Source: Campylobacter concisus (GTDB lineage Bacteria; Campylobacterota; Campylobacteria; Campylobacterales; Campylobacteraceae). Taken from it: a DNA stretch of 32,000 nucleotides. Under the pieces are notes generated by a model that did not search any database, was not told where the DNA came from, and saw only the letters and a program-made list of their open reading frames with translations. The stretch lies in assembly GCF_003048985.1 (NCBI RefSeq), contig NZ_PIRS01000006.1, positions 65,301 through 97,300 on the forward strand. Reading direction: 5' to 3'. The translations under genes and the position numbers were made by a program. Below, one piece after another: positions 26,330 to 32,000 of this stretch; the first letter of the stretch is position 1; the number at the start of each line of letters is the position of its first letter.

Positions 26330-27544
26330 CTAATCCATAAAACCAAATGGCAAAGCAAACATATCATTATCTAGCTTCATAGCCGTATCTCCAGTATAAA
26401 AAACTATGCCCTTATCAAATTTACTTTGTAAATTTTCTTTTAGATGGTAGATATGTTTAAAGTCATCTTTGCTGATAGTTTTTGAGGATTTGACCTCTAT
26501 GGCTATGAGCCTACCTGATATCTCAAGGATAAAGTCTATCTCTTTTTGATCGCTAGTTCTATAGTAGTATATATTGGCTTGTTTTTGACTACTGGTATTT
26601 GCTTTTAGAAGTTCGTCAAATACAAATGTTTCATATATTGCGCCTTTATATGAGGAATTTGCAAGCTCTTGTGCTGAAGAAATTTGTAGTAAGTGTGTCA
26701 GTACCCCTGTGTCAGTAGCAAAAATTTTAGGAGTTTTTATAAGTCTTTTTAGAGCATTATTAAAATATGGCTGAAGCTTTTGGATCTGATAAGTATGCTC
26801 AAGCACGCTAAAATAGCTATCAAATGTCTTATTATCAAGCCCAGACTCTAGGCATAGCTCGTTTTTGTTAAAGATATTGCCGCTTCTTAGCATACATAGG
26901 CGGTACATAGTGATAAATTTATCCATATTTCTGATGTTACCTATCTCTTTGGCGTCTGATTCTATATATGTTCTTATATATGAGCTAAACCAGAGATATT
27001 TTGATTTCTCTGAGTCTATCTTTGTGATCTCTGGGTAGCCACCATTTATGATCTTCTCAGATAGGCCGTTGTTGTCATATTTTCTAAACACCAGATGGCC
27101 TATATCGCTACATAAAATATCTATCAAATTTTCATCACTATGGCTTAACTCTTTTTGAGAAAGCGGATAGAGTTCCACTATGCCTATCCTACCAGCCAAA
27201 GAGTCCGAGATATCTCTAAAGCCTTTTAAATTTGCAGAGCCAGTTAGTATGAACTGCCCATTTGTTCTATCTTTATCTATAAATTCTTTTATGGCTAGAA
27301 GCAATATAGGCACTCTTTGTATCTCATCTATCACGATAGGCTTATTGCAGTGTTCTATAAAGCCTTTTGGATCATTCCTTGCGGATTCATATATGTTTAT
27401 GTCGTCAAGCGTTATGTAGTTTGGTATATCTAAATTTAAAGCAAGTGTTGATTTACCAACCTGCCTAGCCCCGCTTATCAAAAGCACCGGAAAGCTTTTC
27501 ATATACTCTTTTATCTCATTTGCTATGGCTCGTTTGATGTACAT
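26330..27544 (-). CDS. AAA+ ATPase (AAA_14 / COG1373-type) with a DUF4143-like C-terminus carrying a PD-(D/E)xK-like motif
   Basis: 404 aa. Walker A is SGARQVGKST and Walker B is PIVIDEIQ. The C-terminal segment KEIDFILEISGRLIAIEVKSSKTI carries a D...E-x-K motif. Confidence 0.75.
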   Translation of the reverse strand: MYIKRAIANEIKEYMKSFPVLLISGARQVGKSTLALNLDIPNYITLDDINIYESARNDPKGFIEHCNKPIVIDEIQRVPILLLAIKEFIDKDRTNGQFILTGSANLKGFRDISDSLAGRIGIVELYPLSQKELSHSDENLIDILCSDIGHLVFRKYDNNGLSEKIINGGYPEITKIDSEKSKYLWFSSYIRTYIESDAKEIGNIRNMDKFITMYRLCMLRSGNIFNKNELCLESGLDNKTFDSYFSVLEHTYQIQKLQPYFNNALKRLIKTPKIFATDTGVLTHLLQISSAQELANSSYKGAIYETFVFDELLKANTSSQKQANIYYYRTSDQKEIDFILEISGRLIAIEVKSSKTISKDDFKHIYHLKENLQSKFDKGIVFYTGDTAMKLDNDMFALPFGFMD

Positions 27545-27572
27545 AGTATTTTATCCTTAAATATTTAGGAGT

Positions 27573-27601
27573 ATAATACTACAATATATATAAATTTACA
27601 A
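27573..27601 (-). promoter_or_regulatory. Sigma70-like promoter for the ATPase gene
   Basis: The minus strand reads TTGTAA (27601-27596), a 17-nt spacer, then TATTAT (27578-27573). The -10 box ends 28 nt upstream of the ATG at 27544, and an AAGGAT RBS is present. Confidence 0.4.
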
Positions 27602-27636
27602 GGAGGATTTGACTAGCTTCGCATTATTTAAAAAGA

Positions 27637-28674
27637 TCAATCCTCTTCTAAAATTTCACAAAGAAGCCATCCAAATGGCTGTTTATTTATAAGCCAGGCT
27701 GTGGTCTCTTCTTTTTCGATAGAGTATTTTCCTTTACCTTTCATTATTTTTATTTTTCTGACGCCGTCCACAGTAACAGCCCTCGCGCTGCTATGTTTAC
27801 CAACTCTCAATAAAAATTGGTTGTCTGCGAGTTTTAAATTTTCATATTTTTCAATAAACTTGTCAGATAGTGCCTCGCGTGTAAATTCATCTGTCTCGTA
27901 GTCAAATTGCGAAGTAAATATCGGCATATAGTGAGAGTTGCAGGCTTTTATTAGCTCGTCAATGCCAAATTTATTGTTTTTTATCGTAAACGTTGTTTTA
28001 AATTCGCTTTTTGAGTTTATCGCCTCGTATCTTACTGGTATGCCTTGACTACCATTTTGTCCTCTTGGCTCTCTGTTTCTTTTTATATTTGTGGCAACTG
28101 AAGCAAAAGTATGTGACTCTATCACCTCGCTATCAGCTACCAGAAAATCACTAAAATACTCTTTTGTATCATAACTTTTACTCTTTTTTAAAAGCATTTC
28201 GCCAAAGGCCGTAGCTATAGCACCCTTTAGCGAGCTTCCTGGGATTATGGCTTTTTTTAAATTTGGAGATATAAGCGTCTTTTCAATAACCAGTTGGTTT
28301 ATGACTTTTTTACCACCACCCTCTCTTTGAACTACTTTGCCTATTTTTTCGTTATACTCTTCTGCAATGTTTTTTAGTGCCTGTATTTTGTAGTAAGAGA
28401 CCTTTTTTGCCAAAGAACTCTTCTCTTTTATAAATTTTTGCAACTTAAGTATACCCACATCCGTAGCATCTGAGGCTATTTTTTTAAATTCATCTTTAGA
28501 CTTATCATCAAGTTTTTTAAAAAACTCAAATTCATCAAAAACATACATATAGTATTTATCGTCCGCGCCTTTATCTATGACATAGTTCATCGGCTCATAG
28601 GCCTCGCCGGTGCCTATATGTATCGGGCTTATAGGTTTTAGTTTTATCTTATAGTTTTTAGTTTCATTGCGCAT
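27637..28674 (-). CDS. csm5: Csm5 (type III-A RAMP subunit)
   Basis: 345 aa. The N-terminus YKIKLKPISPIHIGTGEAYEPMNYVID and the glycine loop IIPGSSLKGAI fit Csm5. It is the last gene in the cas10-csm2-csm3-csm4-csm5 order and overlaps csm4 by 11 nt. Confidence 0.8.
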   Translation of the reverse strand: MRNETKNYKIKLKPISPIHIGTGEAYEPMNYVIDKGADDKYYMYVFDEFEFFKKLDDKSKDEFKKIASDATDVGILKLQKFIKEKSSLAKKVSYYKIQALKNIAEEYNEKIGKVVQREGGGKKVINQLVIEKTLISPNLKKAIIPGSSLKGAIATAFGEMLLKKSKSYDTKEYFSDFLVADSEVIESHTFASVATNIKRNREPRGQNGSQGIPVRYEAINSKSEFKTTFTIKNNKFGIDELIKACNSHYMPIFTSQFDYETDEFTREALSDKFIEKYENLKLADNQFLLRVGKHSSARAVTVDGVRKIKIMKGKGKYSIEKEETTAWLINKQPFGWLLCEILEED

Positions 28675-29560
28675 TTTTTATCTCCGTAGCTATTAGTATG
28701 CTATATCCTTGGTGTACCGTGTTTGCATTTACAGAGTGCCCGCTTATAGCTTTTCCTAGATACTCTTTTTCACAAATTTCATTATATACTACCACGCTAC
28801 TACTATCAGCCATTAGAATAGGACTTTTAAAAGGATTCGTGTTTGCAAGCCCTCCACCGTGTTTGCCAAATCTCGTAAACGGCTCATAGAAAAACTCTTT
28901 TAAATTTTCATCATCTATCACAACAGGGCTAAGCGTCATAAAAGCATTTGATCTCTTTTTAATAACCAATTTTTCAAATGCGCTATACTCAAACGCTCCT
29001 TTTCCTATGCTAGCTCTCTTGCCATAGCCGCTTTTAGCCACAGTCTCAAGCGCTTTTTCTAGCTCATCAAGCTTAAATCTATCATCTAGCAAAAGGTAGA
29101 TATCTTGCTTGCTAAATTTCATCTCCACTAAAGCATACGGCGCAAATTTGCCACTATCGTCGGTTGTAAATGTGAGATAGTTTATGGAGTTTTTGATCGT
29201 AGCATTCTTTGTTAGCTCGTAGCCGATCTCTTTGCTTGTTTTAGCATTTTTAAAATTTCCGCCTTGCAGATCCTCTATGCTAAGCCAAATTTTCTTCCTA
29301 TTTTCTTTTTTTAGCTCTAAATTTTCGCCCAAAAGGTGGCTTGGCATGCTAGGCTTTGGCAGATACCCACTAGCAAAGCCATCAGAGACTATCAAAAATG
29401 GCTTTTTGTCGTAGTCGCTTAGTAGCTCATTTAGCCTATCTTCTCCAAGTGCATATCTGATCGCCCAGCAAATTTGCCCAAACAAGGTGTCGCCTTTTAA
29501 CGGCGTAGTAAAATTTGACTTAGGCGTTATGGTAGTTTTATAAAGTGTCATTATTCCCAC
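28664..29560 (-). CDS. csm4: Csm4 (type III-A RAMP subunit)
   Basis: The sequence TPKSNFTTPLKGDTLFGQICWAI is a typical Csm4 N-terminus. The track start is a GTG at 29560. An ATG at 29551 overlapping the csm3 stop (TAATG) is the more likely start. Confidence 0.8.
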   Translation of the reverse strand: MGIMTLYKTTITPKSNFTTPLKGDTLFGQICWAIRYALGEDRLNELLSDYDKKPFLIVSDGFASGYLPKPSMPSHLLGENLELKKENRKKIWLSIEDLQGGNFKNAKTSKEIGYELTKNATIKNSINYLTFTTDDSGKFAPYALVEMKFSKQDIYLLLDDRFKLDELEKALETVAKSGYGKRASIGKGAFEYSAFEKLVIKKRSNAFMTLSPVVIDDENLKEFFYEPFTRFGKHGGGLANTNPFKSPILMADSSSVVVYNEICEKEYLGKAISGHSVNANTVHQGYSILIATEIKNAQ

Positions 29561-30189
29561 CTTAAATTTTTAAATTCAACCCTTCCGTAACCTCTTGAGC
29601 CGCTACCGCCTAGATAATCGTTTTCTATTAGCTTAAGTCCGCTCTCAACCATCTGCTTTAGCTCGTTTTCGTTGTCGTTATAAGGCTCTTTTTCATCAAA
29701 AACTTTTAGTCTGATAACAAGGTCAAATTTCACTCCAGCCGGCACTCGCTCGATCTGGCGAGGATGCTCTGCAGTTCCGCTTTCCCTGTTGATCACGTTT
29801 TCATATTTTGCTTCGCTTAGCTTTAGCCCTTCGCTCTCTTTAGATAACACGCAATCCCCAACGCTTATTCTAGTAATGCCAAATTTATTCTCTTTATCGC
29901 CAAAAATTTTTAGTAAATTTTGAGCCGATTTTTTATCTGGCTCTGGGACTTTTTCTAAAATTTTAGAGTTAAAAACCTCTCCCTCGCCATAACTAACCAG
30001 CCTATTATTCCACTCTAGCAAGCTTCTCATTTTACCTTTTAGTGAGCTTCCTGGGATATAAGGCTTATTTGTGTTTATATCTTTTATCACTTGCGAGTCT
30101 ATACCGCCTATCTTCATAGTATCATCGCCACCACCTATATGAAGTCCGCTTAAAAGCTCTATTTGTCCCTTTAAAGTTAAAATTTTCAT
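29551..30189 (-). CDS. csm3: Csm3 (crRNA-guided RNase backbone subunit)
   Basis: 212 aa. The sequence MKILTLKGQIELLSGLHIGGGDDTMKIGGIDSQVIKD...IPGSSLKGKMRSLLEW includes the GGID catalytic-Asp context. Confidence 0.85.
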   Translation of the reverse strand: MKILTLKGQIELLSGLHIGGGDDTMKIGGIDSQVIKDINTNKPYIPGSSLKGKMRSLLEWNNRLVSYGEGEVFNSKILEKVPEPDKKSAQNLLKIFGDKENKFGITRISVGDCVLSKESEGLKLSEAKYENVINRESGTAEHPRQIERVPAGVKFDLVIRLKVFDEKEPYNDNENELKQMVESGLKLIENDYLGGSGSRGYGRVEFKNLRWE

Positions 30190-30198
30190 ATTCTCTCC

Positions 30199-30603
30199 TT
30201 ATTTTTTAGAAAAGCCTATAACGGCCTCAAAAAAGAGTTTAAACACCCTTAGATCATCTTTTGTTTTTACCTGAGCCACACACTTGTTTATCATCTCAAC
30301 AAATTCATTACTAGAATGTTTTCTGGCGTTTGAATAAGCCGCTTTTGAATTTAGCATCTTTACAAACGGCAAAATTTCACTAAACTCTTCGGTGTTTGAT
30401 TTTTGCTCTAGCTCTATGACATAGTCATAAAATGCTCTCATTTGCGTAGCTTTTGTTCCTGATACTTTTTCAGCAACCGTTTTTGCTGTAGTATCAAACA
30501 AATTTGGATCTTTTTTGTAGTCTAAAACGATTAGCGGCAAAGAGTTGGTTTGCGGTTTATTGCCGGCACTATAGTTACCACTGCCATTTCTATATCCATT
30601 CAT
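30199..30603 (-). CDS. csm2: Csm2 (type III-A small subunit)
   Basis: 134 aa and helical, with TKATQMRAFYDYVIELEQ matching the Csm2 pattern. It lies between cas10 and csm3, and its start overlaps the cas10 stop by 4 nt. Confidence 0.7.
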   Translation of the reverse strand: MNGYRNGSGNYSAGNKPQTNSLPLIVLDYKKDPNLFDTTAKTVAEKVSGTKATQMRAFYDYVIELEQKSNTEEFSEILPFVKMLNSKAAYSNARKHSSNEFVEMINKCVAQVKTKDDLRVFKLFFEAVIGFSKK

Positions 30604-32000
30604 CGCTCTCTCCTTTTATATATGTATTCACAAATAGCCATTTTGCTCTCCTTTGGATTGTTTTCTATCACATTATTTAGCATAAGAAGTAGCTCATTCA
30701 TATCACCACCCCCTTGCTTACCCTGCATATTTCTAGTAAAGCTATAACTTAGCTTTGACTTCCACATTGTATTTCTTACGTCCTCACATACATTTTTACT
30801 CATCTCGCAAAGTTCAAGTAGCCTATACAAAAACGCCGTGTTGTCTATATTGAATTTCACAAACTCATCTAAAATTTTACTTCTGACGCTTAAGTAGCTA
30901 TCCCATTTAGCAGTTTCGCCAAAGATAGTGATCGCGTCTTTTCCTGCCATCTCTTTTGAGCTCTCCAACCATTTTTCGCTAGTTTGAGCTAGAAAGCTTA
31001 TCGGCGTAGATGGTTTTGCTAAAATGATGCCAAAAGATATGCTTAATCCTTTTGTCTTTATAAATTTCATAAACTCTTGCCTTACAAAAAGAGCAAGCTC
31101 TATCATCTGATCGTAGCTTCCAACTATCAGCAGATCATCGCCGCCGGCAAAGACCGTATAGCTATTTTCAAATTTCTCTTTCATCTTTCTTGGCACATAT
31201 AAAGAGAAAAAGTTATTTATCCCCTTTGAAAATGTGTCAAAATTTGCAAAACTTTGCGTCACGTCGCTATTTTTTATGAAATTTCCCATATTATCCACGT
31301 CGGCTTTTATCACAGCGATCGCATTATCCCCACGCGATTTTTTAGCCAGATCTTCAAAGTCCACTATCTCGCCTGCATTTTTAGCGACGTATGATCTTAT
31401 ATTTTCTGTTATCTCAAGATCCACATCCATAAAGTCTATGCCTATAGCTTTGCTATTTATCTTTTTGCTATCGCTAGCCAGTCTCTCGCCAAGACGCACA
31501 AAAGCACTGCAAATTTCGCATTTGTCCTTATCGTGAGCTATCTTTCTTATATTACAAATTCTGCAAAGAGTTTGATTTGTTATGCCTTTATCGTATGAAA
31601 GTACGGGCTCTTGCTCTTTTAAATTTAGCTTTTTAAATTTCTCTAGCTCAACAGCCTTACTGATCTTATCCCTTAGCTCTTTATATCGCCTAGCCTCAGT
31701 AAAGTCCGCTCTCTCACACTCCACGCAAGACAGACTAACACCACTAACGCCAAAGAAATTTTTTATAAAATAAGCGTTTATAACGTCTTTTATCTCTTTA
31801 AAAGTCACTTCGTCAAATTTAGGAGATAGTATCTCAAATTTACCAGCCGTACATGACAAGATACATTTTTCATCTATGCTAAATTTTTGACAGATAAATT
31901 TAGACAAAACTACCATGAAAAGCTCGCAAAATGCTGACTTTGCCCTTAGCACTTTGGCTGCGTTTTTCGAGCCTAGATTATCAAATATAAATTTTTGTAT
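30600..32000 (-). CDS. cas10: Cas10/Csm1, C-terminal ~466 aa; the 5' end, including any HD domain, lies outside the window
   Basis: The frame stays open upstream of the track's GTG through to position 32000 (IQKFIFDNLGSKNAAKVLRAKSAF...). It has a Zn-finger (CRICNIRKIAHDKDKCEIC) and cyclase palm motifs (IAVIKADVDNMGNF and YTVFAGGDDLLIVG). Confidence 0.85.
   Translation of the reverse strand: MQKFIFDNLGSKNAAKVLRAKSAFCELFMVVLSKFICQKFSIDEKCILSCTAGKFEILSPKFDEVTFKEIKDVINAYFIKNFFGVSGVSLSCVECERADFTEARRYKELRDKISKAVELEKFKKLNLKEQEPVLSYDKGITNQTLCRICNIRKIAHDKDKCEICSAFVRLGERLASDSKKINSKAIGIDFMDVDLEITENIRSYVAKNAGEIVDFEDLAKKSRGDNAIAVIKADVDNMGNFIKNSDVTQSFANFDTFSKGINNFFSLYVPRKMKEKFENSYTVFAGGDDLLIVGSYDQMIELALFVRQEFMKFIKTKGLSISFGIILAKPSTPISFLAQTSEKWLESSKEMAGKDAITIFGETAKWDSYLSVRSKILDEFVKFNIDNTAFLYRLLELCEMSKNVCEDVRNTMWKSKLSYSFTRNMQGKQGGGDMNELLLMLNNVIENNPKESKMAICEYIYKRRER

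Noticed and set aside
1011-31773. Other short antisense or out-of-frame ORFs nested in long genes (e.g. 1011-1283-, 4503-4745-, 4613-4915-, 4980-5162-, 5973-6269-, 9377-9817-, 9474-9656+, 12396-12638+, 13732-13977+, 15517-15759+, 16075-16257+, 17589-17795+, 18141-18356+, 18213-18422-, 20083-20292+, 24309-24533-, 27180-27419+, 27701-27901+, 28698-28889+, 29232-29414+, 30550-30747+, 31234-31536+, 31582-31773+)
   Set aside because: Each lies inside a longer ORF with clear family motifs. Their translations are low-complexity (F/L/S/I-rich), which is typical of the antisense strand of AT-rich genes.
1-32000. CRISPR repeat-spacer array associated with the csm operon
   Set aside because: I looked through all intergenic stretches (notably 20577-20853, 21868-22502, 26284-26329 and 27545-27636) for regularly spaced direct repeats of 25-40 nt. 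I found none by eye. An array may lie beyond position 32000.
1-32000. Homopolymeric G/C tracts of the kind that drive phase variation in Campylobacter
   Set aside because: The longest G or C runs seen are 5 nt (in the tRNA fragment and in cas10). None is long enough to suggest a contingency locus.

Overview
AT-rich (roughly 35-40% GC), gene-dense bacterial DNA. The protein repertoire (Dba/DsbI-like proteins, a TAT-exported molybdoenzyme, a retention-module adhesin) looks like a non-jejuni Campylobacter or related Campylobacterota; that taxonomic call is inference only. The window is a mosaic accessory region. From left to right it contains the following. (1) A short LapA-like adhesin, a membrane protein, and two decayed copies of a Phd/RelE toxin-antitoxin module. 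(2) A 46-nt 3' fragment of a tRNA(CAU), followed by a very large tyrosine integrase and cargo: an AAA+ ATPase, a second GC-anomalous copy of a Dba-like/DsbB-like/periplasmic-protein cassette, and a single-gene ABC-ATPase::DUF4435-TOPRIM fusion of the PARIS type. (3) A minus-strand operon in which the same three-gene cassette leads a DMSO-reductase-family molybdoenzyme (A, FeS B, TorD-like chaperone, NrfD-like anchor). (4) A plasmid-like block with a possible Rep gene and AT-rich repeats, a frameshifted DUF4391 plus type III Res remnant, MobC, a long relaxase and an oriT-like hairpin. (5) A COG1373-type AAA+ ATPase, followed by a type III-A CRISPR effector operon (cas10 cut by the window edge, then csm2, csm3, csm4, csm5). 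No CRISPR array, cas6, cas1/2 or CARF effector is visible in the window. All family assignments come from motifs read by eye in the translations. No database search was run.
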